From Candidatus Limnocylindria bacterium (GTDB lineage: Bacteria; Chloroflexota; Limnocylindria; P2-11E), in the NCBI GenBank assembly GCA_038227105.1, contig JBBRQB010000001.1:22867-86866 (forward strand): DNA of 64,000 nt, given 5' to 3'. The notes under the pieces were generated by a model, which saw nothing but the letters and a program-made list of their open reading frames with translations, had not been told where the DNA came from and searched no databases. The first letter of the stretch is position 1; every line of letters begins with the position of its first letter. This document shows, piece after piece, positions 21,568 through 30,343 of this stretch. A program made the position numbers and the translations under genes.

Positions 21568-22329
21568 TTTTTCAGAGATGGAGAACGATCCGCGTCGCAG
21601 GCGGTCGCGCGGCGGACGGCGCCGTGGTGGCGGCGGTGGCGCGCCGGAGCGGAAAGGCCCGATCCGCACACCGGCGGAGCCAAAGCCGCCGCAGCCCGCC
21701 CGCGGTCTTGCCCGTCGCGAGAGGCCGCAGCCGCGCAAGCGCGGACCGCGTCCGGCGCGGAGTCCCGACGATCTCCGTGCCGGTACACCGTGCGTCATCG
21801 TCATGGACTGCCGCGAGGGCGAGCCCGACCGGACCGGAGCTGCCGCGGTGTTCGAAGGCTTCTTCGATCTCGAGACCGGCGACCCGCGGCGCCCGGGCTA
21901 TGGCGTGCCACGCCTTCGCGTTGTGAGACCGGTCGCGGGAGCAGATGCCGACCCGACCCTCGTGCGACCAGGCCCGGCTTCGCCGGCACCGGTCGAGCCC
22001 CAGACCGTCAAGGAGCCACAGGCGCCAGAGCGCCTGTGGGGGTTCGAGTGTTGGTGGCGACCGGACCCCGGCAACACCGGGATGACGGACACCGATCGCG
22101 TCGAGGTCGAGGAGAGCAAGAAGCTCCTTCGCGGCCTGATGCGGGACTCTCGGCGCTCAACGCGACCCGCGCTTCCGCGCTGAGTACCCCGTTGACACAA
22201 CGAAGGTACTGGCCAGATGCGGTACGACGTCGTCATCCGCTGTGACTAGGCCCAGCCCTTTCGTCTAGCGACACTCCGGGCACGCCCAAGGGGCGGGTCG
22301 TTGCGACGACGGGGGCGCGGAGGCTTCAC

Positions 22330-23589
22330 ATGGCGAAGTGGGCGAACGCGAAGACTGCCGGCGGATTCCGGTTCTGGCAGAAGGTGCTCGCGGCACTGTT
22401 GATCGTCGGCGTCGTGCCGATCGCGCTCGTGAGCATCGTGTCGATCCAGCAGACCCGGACGGATCTGACGGACCTCGGCGTCACCAACATCCAGCAGCGG
22501 TCGACATCCACTGCGGCGGCGCTCGACGCGTACCTGCAGAACCGGCTGGACGACATCGTCCTCGTCAGCCGGCTCCCCGACGTCATGCGCTTCGCCGCCG
22601 CAGGTGACCTCGCATACCGCGACGCCGCACGGGAGGCGCTCAAGGCCGCCGCGGCGCGTTCGGCGGAATACGAATCGGTGGCGGTCGTGGATCTGACGGG
22701 CCGGATCGTCGCGGCGTCGGTCGCGACCGACGAGGGCACCGATGTCAAGTTCCGCCAGTACTTCATCACGCCGAACACGACCGGCCAGCCGTACATCAGT
22801 GACCCGAGCTATTCCGTCATCACGAACAAGCCGGCGCTGTTCTTCTCCGCGCCGGTGAAGTCAGCGACCGGCACGGTCGTCGCGGTCGTACGGTCGCGGC
22901 TCAACCTCACCGCGATCTGGGGCGTTGTCGAGGCAGACTCGAACTCCGTCGGCGCGGGCGCGCACAGCTTCCTCCTCGATGACTACGGGATCCGTCTTGC
23001 CGTCTCCGAGACCAAGGGCCGCCGCGATCAGGCGGAGAGCCTCATCTACAAGCCGATTGCACCGATCGCAACGGACGTCGCGACGAAGCTCGCGGCGGAC
23101 AAGCGCTTCGGGTCGTTGACGCCTGACAAGCTCGTCATCGACCCGCTGCCGACGCTCAAGTCCGCGCTCGATCCGCTGAAGGCCGGCTATACGCCGTTCT
23201 CGTACGGCACCAGCGGCGTCGGCGTGGGTGAGCAGCGCGGCGTGGCGACGCGCCTCGTCGCGAAGCCGTGGGCCTACGTCCTGGCCGTCCCGCTCGCGAC
23301 GTACACGAAGGCGGCGGATGACGCGACGTTCAATGCCGCGAGCGTTGTCGCGATCGGGCTGCTCCTGTCCTTCATCGTGGGCATGCTGTTGACGCGCTCC
23401 CTCGTGCGGCCGCTGCGGCAGCTCGTCGGGATCGCCACGAGCGTCTCCACGGGCGACGTCGATCTGCGTTCGGCGCACTTCGAGACCCGTCGGGGCGATG
23501 ACATCACCCGGGAAGTGGCCGCCGCGTTCGACCGCCTTCTCAACGCCCTTCGCTTCTACGCGCTGGCCGACGAGGCGGGTGAGGAATGA
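22330..23589 (+). CDS. Membrane sensor protein: N-terminal TM, periplasmic double-Cache-like domain, second TM, C-terminal HAMP; no output domain
   Basis: Hydrophobic segments VLAALLIVGVVPIALVSIV and AASVVAIGLLLSFIVGMLL. The periplasmic region carries ..FRQYFITPNTTGQPYISDPSYSVITNKPALFFSAPV..GTVVAVVRSRL.. (dCache-like). C-terminus RSLVRPLRQLVGIATSVSTGDVDLRSAHFETRRGDDITREVAAAFDRLLNALR is a HAMP domain, and the protein ends about 15 aa later. RBS GCGGAGG. Confidence 0.75.
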   Translation: MAKWANAKTAGGFRFWQKVLAALLIVGVVPIALVSIVSIQQTRTDLTDLGVTNIQQRSTSTAAALDAYLQNRLDDIVLVSRLPDVMRFAAAGDLAYRDAAREALKAAAARSAEYESVAVVDLTGRIVAASVATDEGTDVKFRQYFITPNTTGQPYISDPSYSVITNKPALFFSAPVKSATGTVVAVVRSRLNLTAIWGVVEADSNSVGAGAHSFLLDDYGIRLAVSETKGRRDQAESLIYKPIAPIATDVATKLAADKRFGSLTPDKLVIDPLPTLKSALDPLKAGYTPFSYGTSGVGVGEQRGVATRLVAKPWAYVLAVPLATYTKAADDATFNAASVVAIGLLLSFIVGMLLTRSLVRPLRQLVGIATSVSTGDVDLRSAHFETRRGDDITREVAAAFDRLLNALRFYALADEAGEE

Positions 23590-25025
23590 ACCCTCTCGGC
23601 GAGCAGGTGCTGCAGGTCGCCAAGCAGTACTTCGGCCCCGCAGCCCAGCAATTCCTGTCGAAGGAGCTGCGGGCGCTCGAGTGCACCGCGGACACCATCA
23701 CGCCGTGGCACCTCCCGGCGTTGTCAGAGCGTGCCCGGGTATCGGCGGAGCGGATCATGGACAGCGACCGAGCGGCCGAATTCGGGGCGCGCGTCGCGGG
23801 CCTGGGCTCCGTGCCCGACGCGGCCGTTACACCAGCTCCGGTCCAGGTGAAGGACGGGGGCACTCCGCGCCTCGCGCTCGACGCAGCGGGGAAGCTCCTC
23901 CAGTCCGGCAAGCTTCGCCAGGCCGAAGAGGCGTATCGCCAGCTCGCGCAGAAGCACGGTGACAGCGCAGCGTTCCGGGGCCTCGCCCAGACGCAGGTCG
24001 CCCTCGAAGACGTTCCTGCCGCGATCCTCGCGCTGCGCGATGGCGCGGCGATCCTCGCGCGCAAGGGTGAGCGCGCGGCAGCCATCGACCTCCTGACCGA
24101 GGCCGTGTCGATCGCCCCCGGCGACCTCGCCGCGCACCGCCGGCTCGCTGCCGCGCACGCGAACGCGGGTGATGCGGTCGCCGCCTGCGCCGAATACGAG
24201 CGCTTCGTGGACTACGCATTGGCCGAAGGCGACAGCCGTCGCGCGTGGCTCGAGCTGACCTACGCGCGCGAGACGCTCGGCGATCTTCCCGGCCTCGTGC
24301 GGATCGTCGACCGTCTCATGCCCGGTGCCGCTCCGATGTTGGCCGCACGGCCGGTGGCCGCTCCGGCGCCCGCTCCCGTCGCCGCAACGCCACTGAAGGT
24401 GAGCCCCTCACCTGCCCCCATGTCGCCCGAGGTCCGGCGGCTCGTACCGTCCGAGCCCGCGCCGCAGCAGGTGAGTGAGCACCCGCGGACGCGGCCGCTC
24501 GCCGCGCAGAGCGCGATGGTCATCTCCGACGCACGGACGGTCACGTCGGTCGATCAGCTGGACGAGGGACCGGTGGACCTCATGGCTCGCATCGCGCCGC
24601 GTGGCAAGGCCGCGTTGCGTAGCGCGTCGCAGGCCGCCTGGAAGGCGCGCCCCCCGGTCGACATCGAGGCGTCCCTTGCGGCGCTGACCCCCGGAGCGAC
24701 ACCCGAGACGGCCGCAGCGACTGCGGCGGTCCGCGCGACGATCCTCATCGGCGCGCGTGACGGGCGGGCAACGGAAGCTGCGCTCGATGCCGCACGCCGG
24801 CTCCTGTCGTTGCACAAGCTCCAGGCCGCGTCAGACCTGCTGCTGGACTTTATCGCCGCGGGCTACACCGACCGTGAGGCCCAGAGGCTGCTCATCGAAG
24901 TGGACTGCGGCCTCGGCCGACGTGACGTCGCTCGCGACAAGTGCCGGCTGCTCGGTGCGGCCTACCGCCTCGACGGTCGGACGGACACGGCGGATGATGT
25001 GGAGCGCCTGGCCTCGATCATCTAA
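23586..25025 (+). CDS. TPR-like helical-repeat protein (479 aa), translationally coupled to the upstream sensor
   Basis: ATGA overlap with the sensor gene. Ala/Leu-rich helical repeats (..AEEAYRQLAQKHGDSAAFRGLAQTQVALEDVPAAILALRDGAAIL.. AVACAEYERFVDYALAEGD..) and a P/A-rich linker. No catalytic motif is visible. Confidence 0.55.
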   Translation: MNPLGEQVLQVAKQYFGPAAQQFLSKELRALECTADTITPWHLPALSERARVSAERIMDSDRAAEFGARVAGLGSVPDAAVTPAPVQVKDGGTPRLALDAAGKLLQSGKLRQAEEAYRQLAQKHGDSAAFRGLAQTQVALEDVPAAILALRDGAAILARKGERAAAIDLLTEAVSIAPGDLAAHRRLAAAHANAGDAVAACAEYERFVDYALAEGDSRRAWLELTYARETLGDLPGLVRIVDRLMPGAAPMLAARPVAAPAPAPVAATPLKVSPSPAPMSPEVRRLVPSEPAPQQVSEHPRTRPLAAQSAMVISDARTVTSVDQLDEGPVDLMARIAPRGKAALRSASQAAWKARPPVDIEASLAALTPGATPETAAATAAVRATILIGARDGRATEAALDAARRLLSLHKLQAASDLLLDFIAAGYTDREAQRLLIEVDCGLGRRDVARDKCRLLGAAYRLDGRTDTADDVERLASII

Positions 25026-25783
25026 CGTGCGTAACCGACCACATGCGGGCCGACGCGGTTCGCAAATGGTCGCAACATGAAGGCGAGCACGAACCCGGCG
25101 ATGAATCCGCCGATGTGCGCCATGTAGGCGACGCCGCCACTCTGCGCATTCACACCCGTCGCGCCGAAGCCGTTGACGAACTGGATGACCGCCCACAGGC
25201 CGATCATCAGGACCGCCGGCACGCTCGTCACGAAATAGCCGAGCAGCACCCGCACGCGGTTGCGGGGGAAGTACACGAGGTACGCAGCGAGCACGCCTGC
25301 GATCGCGCCGGACGCGCCGAGGCTCGGCAGGATCGAGTCAGGTCCCGAGTACACCTGCGCGAGCGCCGCAACGAGACCGCACCCGAGATAGAACGCGATG
25401 TAGCGGAGGTGACCGAGCGCCTTCTCGACGTTGTCTCCGAAGATGAAGAGGAACAACATGTTCCCCCCGATGTGGCTCCAGCCGCCGTGCATGAACATCG
25501 AGGTGAGGAGCGTCAACCAGATCGGAGAGGGACCGCGGGCCTCATCAACGATCGCGGTGGTGCCATCAGGCAGGGAGATGGGGAACTGCCCGATGAGGTC
25601 GCGCCCGCTCGTGATCTCGGCAGGGACGGCACTGAAGCCGTTCGTGAAGTCCGGACTCGCCAGCTGATAGAGGAAGACAGCGACGTTGATCGCGATGAGC
25701 ACGAGGTTGACGAAAGGGAAGCCCGGAGGCGCGTTGTCCTCGTCACCCAGGGGAAGCATGGAGCGGAAGCATGCATCCGCCAC
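25022..25783 (-). CDS. Rhomboid-family intramembrane serine protease
   Basis: HGGWSHIGGNMLFLFIFG, GASGAIAGVLAAYL (GxSG) and HIGGFIAGF (catalytic His) within a 6-7 TM topology. Confidence 0.8.
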   Translation of the reverse strand: MADACFRSMLPLGDEDNAPPGFPFVNLVLIAINVAVFLYQLASPDFTNGFSAVPAEITSGRDLIGQFPISLPDGTTAIVDEARGPSPIWLTLLTSMFMHGGWSHIGGNMLFLFIFGDNVEKALGHLRYIAFYLGCGLVAALAQVYSGPDSILPSLGASGAIAGVLAAYLVYFPRNRVRVLLGYFVTSVPAVLMIGLWAVIQFVNGFGATGVNAQSGGVAYMAHIGGFIAGFVLAFMLRPFANRVGPHVVGYAR

Positions 25784-25810
25784 GCCAGCCCCGTAAAATC
25801 AATGGTCTCC

Positions 25811-25884
25811 GGCGTCGTCGCCAAGTGGTAAGGCAAGGGTCTGCAAAACCCTCATCGCGGGTCCGATTCCCGCCGACGCCTCAG
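25811..25884 (+). tRNA. tRNA-Cys (anticodon GCA); its 3' part appears to be contributed by an integrated element
   Basis: Acceptor GGCGTCG/CGACGCC, anticodon stem AGGGT/ACCCT with loop CTGCAAA (GCA), discriminator U73 (a Cys identity element). The T-loop reads TCCGATT (C at position 55) instead of the canonical TTCGATT that is present in the downstream partial copy. Confidence 0.8.
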
Positions 25885-25890
25885 TCGAGA
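25841..25890 (+). repeat. attL-like 50-bp direct repeat (anticodon loop to 9 nt past the tRNA-Cys 3' end)
   Basis: Matches 28125..28174 at 48 of 50 positions. Confidence 0.75.
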
Positions 25891-25930
25891 CAATCCCAGC
25901 AATAATGGCCAACCTCGTTGGCCGGATGCC

Positions 25931-26587
25931 TTAGCCGAGAAGCTGACGTTGCAACGTGTCGGCGAGCCACTCGGTGAACCGGTGCGGCGGCCACTCCCGA
26001 CCGAGCACGAGGTCGTAGTGGAGTCCCGGGCTATTGAGCACCCAGACGATGTCGGCGGCCTGCTCGCGCGTGAGCCCCTTCCGCAGCCGTCCCTTGGCGA
26101 CGACGTCGGCCACGACATTCGCTGCCCCGATCCGCCGCTCGGCCTGATGTTTCGTCCACAACAGGCGAGCGTCGGGGTCGGCCCCGGCCGCGCTGCGCAC
26201 CGCTTCGCTGATCGGCCCGAGACGCTCACCGATCTCGGTGAGGAGCTGGGCATAGCCCGCGAGGTACCGCCGTGCATCCGGCTCGGCGCGGATCGCTCGT
26301 GACCGCTGTCGTTCCGGCAGCGTCGCCGGCACGTCGTCCCCGACCAGCGCCACGTCGAAGGCGGTCTTGAGCAGCTGCCCCTTGCCTCCGACGGAGTTGA
26401 AGACAGTCGCGCGGCTGACCTGGGCTGCCCCCGCGATGTCGTCGATCGAAGTCGCGACGTAGCCCCGCTCCGCGAACAACCGGGCTGCGACCGAGATAAT
26501 GTCCCGCCGCGTCCGCTCCGCCTGCGCTTCTCGCAAGGGGGAGCGGTATTGGGGCTTGACGGGACGTGTTCGCTTCACTATACCCAT
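25931..26587 (-). CDS. TetR/AcrR-family transcriptional regulator
   Basis: N-terminal HTH RRDIISVAARLFAERGYVATSIDDIAGAAQVSRATVFNSV. Divergent from the SnoaL-like gene across an AT-rich 37-bp gap. Confidence 0.85.
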   Translation of the reverse strand: MGIVKRTRPVKPQYRSPLREAQAERTRRDIISVAARLFAERGYVATSIDDIAGAAQVSRATVFNSVGGKGQLLKTAFDVALVGDDVPATLPERQRSRAIRAEPDARRYLAGYAQLLTEIGERLGPISEAVRSAAGADPDARLLWTKHQAERRIGAANVVADVVAKGRLRKGLTREQAADIVWVLNSPGLHYDLVLGREWPPHRFTEWLADTLQRQLLG

Positions 26588-26630
26588 AGTCTAATGACCA
26601 TTATATGAGTCTAGCAAAGGGAGTGTGGAT

Positions 26631-27047
26631 ATGGCTGTAGCGACGGTGACCTCCGCGACCGCAATGAGGCTGCTCGATGCGGTGAACGGACATGATCTCG
26701 ACGCGCTCGCGGATTGCTTCGCGCCGGCGTTCGTCAACGAAACCCCGGCGCACCCGGCCCGATCGTTCACCGGCCGCGACCAGGTCAAGAAGAATTGGGC
26801 GCAGATCTTCGGCGGGGTGCCTGACCTTCAGGCCGAGATCGTGCGCCAGGTCGTGCAGGACGACACGGTCTGGATCGAGTGGGAAATGCGCGGCACCCGG
26901 CGAGATGGCACGCCCCACCTCATGCGTGGCGTGAGCATCTTTGGCGACGTCGACGGCCGATTCGGATGGGTCCGTTTCTACCTCGAGCCGGTCGAGCAAG
27001 GTGGAGCGGATGTTGACGCGGCGGTGCGTCAGCACGTCGGGCAGTGA
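26631..27047 (+). CDS. SnoaL-like / NTF2-fold family protein
   Basis: ATG 26631 preceded by AAAGGGAG. ..LLDAVNGHDLDALADCFAPAFVNETPAHPARSFTGRDQVKKNW..DDTVWIEWEMRGTRRDG.. is typical of the NTF2-like fold. Confidence 0.65.
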   Translation: MAVATVTSATAMRLLDAVNGHDLDALADCFAPAFVNETPAHPARSFTGRDQVKKNWAQIFGGVPDLQAEIVRQVVQDDTVWIEWEMRGTRRDGTPHLMRGVSIFGDVDGRFGWVRFYLEPVEQGGADVDAAVRQHVGQ

Positions 27048-27919
27048 TCCTCATCGCGGGCGGTACCGGGCACCTTGGTCGCGAGCTGAGCCGCGTGCTT
27101 GCCGGGCGTGCGGGTGGTCTCCGCGTTCTGACGCGTGACCCCGCCAAGGCCGCGAACGCGCGGCACGGCGCGACGGAGTTCGTGAAGGGAGATGTTCGCG
27201 ACCGGTCGTCCCTGGCCCCCGCGCTCGCCGGCGTCGACGTCGTGATCTCGGCGATCACGGGATTCGGACCCGGCGGGCAAGGACCGCGCGTGATCGACTT
27301 CGAGGGCAACCGCAACCTCATCGGCGCGAGCGAGGCCGCAGGCGTGCGCCGGTTCGTCCTGCTCTCCATACACGGTGCCCGGCCGGACCATCCGATGGAG
27401 CTGTACCGCGCGAAGTATCGGGCCGAGGAGCTTCTTCGAGGCAGTCGGCTCGACTGGGCCATCATTCGGCCGACGGTCTTCATGGAACTATGGGCCGGCA
27501 TCATCGGCGGTGCCGCTCGCACCACGGGCACGGCAACGATCTTCGGTCGCGGCAAGAACCCCACGAACTTCGTCTCGGTCCGCGACGTCGCGCGCTTCGT
27601 CGAGCTCGCTGCGTGCGACGCGGGTCTTCGTGGAGCGGCTCTCGACGTGGGAGGGCCGGAGAACCTCACGTTCATCGAGGTCGTAGACAGGATCCGGGCG
27701 GCGATCGGGCTGCCCGTGCGCACCCGTCACGTGCCCCTGCCAGCGATGCGCTTGGGGGCGATCGTCATGCGCCGCGTGAAGCCCGACATCGCGCGCCTTA
27801 TCCAGGCCGGCATCGTCATGGACACGACCGACATGCGGTTCGATGCCAGCGGGCTTCAGCGCCGCTATCCCGATATCCGTCTCAGTCGGCTCGCCGACGT
27901 CCTCGCCGACGCCACGTAA
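27044..27919 (+). CDS. NAD(P)-binding NmrA-like / atypical SDR family protein
   Basis: MILIAGGTGHLGRELSRVLAGRAGGLRVLTRDPAKAANARHGATEFVKGDVRD is a Rossmann GxxGxxG motif. Start overlaps the upstream stop. Confidence 0.75.
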   Translation: MILIAGGTGHLGRELSRVLAGRAGGLRVLTRDPAKAANARHGATEFVKGDVRDRSSLAPALAGVDVVISAITGFGPGGQGPRVIDFEGNRNLIGASEAAGVRRFVLLSIHGARPDHPMELYRAKYRAEELLRGSRLDWAIIRPTVFMELWAGIIGGAARTTGTATIFGRGKNPTNFVSVRDVARFVELAACDAGLRGAALDVGGPENLTFIEVVDRIRAAIGLPVRTRHVPLPAMRLGAIVMRRVKPDIARLIQAGIVMDTTDMRFDASGLQRRYPDIRLSRLADVLADAT

Positions 27920-28124
27920 GGGACGCCGTAGGCGCCGTCCGTAGCGCTGATTAGCGGGAGTTGCGCCGCTCTCGTCTGGCGAGGTGGCGTCCTGTCCGGG
28001 GCGCAGCGCCGATCGGCGGAGCTGGCGGCACAGTAGCCATTCAGTACCCCTTCGCTACCGTTCGCCGCGGTTCGTCTGCCACGCGGCGAGCACCAGCGGA
28101 CTCCCACGGACGTCACGCGGAGAA

Positions 28125-28174
28125 CTGCAAAACCCTCACCGCGGGTTCGATTCCCGCCGACGCCTCAGTCGAGA
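28125..28174 (+). repeat. attR-like partial tRNA-Cys 3' copy (the original chromosomal 3' end with canonical TTCGATT T-loop)
   Basis: ctgcaaaaccctcaccgcgggttcgattcccgccgacgcctcagtcgaga. No 5' half of a tRNA precedes it. Confidence 0.75.
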
Positions 28175-28244
28175 TCTCGAACAATTCACGGCGATTCCGG
28201 CCCCGCCGATCTACGCCCTCGTGTCGCCGCGCGGAACATCCTTG

Positions 28245-29558
28245 CTACAGAGCGAGGGCCTCATCGACGGCCTGATCGGGCAGAAGCGCCCGACCGGCGG
28301 CCCACGCTGCTGCGGTTGCGTGTCCGTCCATCGCCACGAGCGCCCGATCGTGCAGGTCGCGCTCAGCCCCCTGGAGGGTGAGCCCGAGTTCGTCGCGCAG
28401 CGCCTCCGCTCCTCCCAGCAGCCTTGCGGCGCGCTGCGGGTCCGACACGGAGCGGGCGATGCCCATCAGCTGAATGGCCCAAGCCATGTCGTCGCGATCG
28501 CCAAGCGGCCGTGATACCTCGAGGCTCCTGCGCAGTAGGGCGACGGCATCGTCGGTCCGTCCCTCGTGCAACGCGACCGAGCCGAGCGCGGCGAGCGACC
28601 GGGCGATGAAGTAGGAATCATCGAGCTCGATGAAACGCTCCAATGCGGCTTCCAGGTCCCGTCTCGCCCGCTCGTAGTCTCCCGCGCTCAGCGCGCCGTA
28701 GCCAAGGTTGAACGACGCGACCGCGCCGGTCGACGGATCGTCCGCTTCACGCGCGAGCGCCACGGCTTCTGCCAAGAGCGCGGATGCGTGTTCGTGATCG
28801 CCCTCGGCAGTCGCGATGCGGGCCAGCACGAGTCTCGAACGCGCGCCGAACTTCGCGTCGCCGCGCTCGTCGCACAGGCGAAGGCACTCCTCCGACAACC
28901 GCTTCGACTCCGCCCAGTCGCCCTGTAAGCTCGCGAGCAGCCCCGCGTCCCAGAGCGCCATCGTATGGGTCGGGTCGTCGTTCGCCGCACCAGCCGCGAG
29001 CACCGCTGCGAGCCAGCGGCGCCCCTCCTTGAAGTGTCCGCGCTGGACCCAGAACGTCGTGACCGCGCCCGCCAGGCGAGCACCGTTGGCGTCCACTCGC
29101 ATGGGAACCGACCACGCGAGCGCCGCCCGGAAGTTCGGGTACTCCTGCTCGAGCAGCTCAAGCCAGTCGGCTTTTCCCCGGCCGACGAGCTTCGGAGCCG
29201 CGCGCTCGGCCAAAGCCAGAAAGTGCTGCGCGTGTCGACGGCGCCGTTCTTCGGCCTCACCCGACGCATCCAGCCGCTCGTTCGCGTACTCCCGGATCGT
29301 TTCCAGCATCGCGAGGCGGCCGAATCCCCACCGCCGGAGCAGGCTCCGTTCGAGCAACGACTGCAGCCCATCGAGGCCCGCGTCGCAGACGTCCTCGGCT
29401 GCCTTCGTATCGAAGCTGCCGGCGAACACGGCGAGCCGGCGGAACAGCTGTTGCTCGGTCTCGGCGAGCAGGTCATGGCTCCATTCGATGGTCGCGCGGA
29501 GTGTCCGCTGGCGGTCCGGCGCGTCGCGTCGGCCGCCGGTGAGCAGCGACAGGCGTCG
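28245..29558 (-). pseudogene. C-terminal (TPR) fragment of a disrupted adenylate-cyclase / STAND-ATPase / TPR regulator (Rv0386-like)
   Basis: Native sequence resumes at ..RLSLLTGGRRDAPDRQRTLRATIEWSHDLLAETEQQLFRRLAVFAGSF.., the motif that normally follows the NB-ARC region of these regulators, then runs into TPR repeats. Joined to the 32016-33213 fragment it gives ..LLARLD|RRLSLLTGG.. The 5' part of the listed ORF (29559-29696) lies inside the IS. Confidence 0.8.
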
Positions 29559-29671
29559 GTCTAGACCGTGCTGCCCACGTTCGAGGTACACATTCCAGCG
29601 TCCCTGCGGCAAAGAGAGACCACGAGCATCCTTCGCCCATTGACCGGCAAGTCGATGGGAGGAAGAACGTC

Positions 29672-30343
29672 GTGGTCCCAGGTGAAAGCCTCGCACGTCT
29701 GCGCAAGGGTGTCCTGGATCGCGTCACCCGTGGCGGGGTCACCGTCGCGACGGCCTGCCGGGAAGCCGGCGTCAGTCGCGGCCGCTATTACCAGCTGCGC
29801 CGCCGGTACCTCGCGTACGGCGAGGCTGGCCTGCGGCCGAAGCCGCACCCCCAGCGGCCATCGCGACGGCTCGCCGAGCCGCTGGTCGACGCGATCCTCA
29901 GCTACGCGATCTTCCATCCGACCGAGGGCGAGCGGAGCATCGCCCAGGCCCTGGCCCTCTCGCGGTACGGCGCCTGGCGGGTCTCCCACGGCGGGGTCCG
30001 CAGCGTCCTGCGCCGCGCCGGCCTCGGCCGCCGCCTCGCGCGCCTGGCTGCCGCGGAAGCGCTCTCGGCCGCCGAGGGCGGCCCGCTCACCGACCGCACG
30101 TTGCGCCAGATCCGGGCGATCGAGCGGCCGACGGTCATGCACATCGGCTCGGACACGGTCGGGGCCGAGCTGTTCGCCGACACGATGTACGTCGGCAAGC
30201 TCAAGGGCGTCGGGACGGTCTGGCAGTACTGCGAGACTGCGTCTCCGGAACCTGCCCGGCCCGGTCTGACTCCTGGCAGTACGTGGACCCCTGTGTCCTC
30301 ATGTGTGATGTGTCGATCGGTCTCCGGGCAGGTTTCGTACTAA
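29672..30343 (+). pseudogene. IS481-family transposase, N-terminal fragment (interrupted after ..VWQY by IS110)
   Basis: HTH ACREAGVSRGRYYQLRRRYLAYGEAGLRPKPHPQRP. Beyond residue ~186 the reading frame continues into the IS110 left end as nonsense until a stop. Confidence 0.75.

Noticed and set aside
19171-22245. Long + strand ORFs 19171..20841 (556 aa) and 20869..22245 (458 aa)
   Set aside because: Antisense to aceE or lying in the intergenic region; Arg/Asp/Glu/Val-rich low-complexity translations with no motifs.
30220-30282. 10-bp direct repeat CTGGCAGTAC (30220-29 and 30273-82), considered as a possible IS110 target-site duplication
   Set aside because: The copies are only 43 bp apart and both lie left of the transposase gene, so they do not flank the 1.25-kb insert. 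The right junction shows no matching copy.
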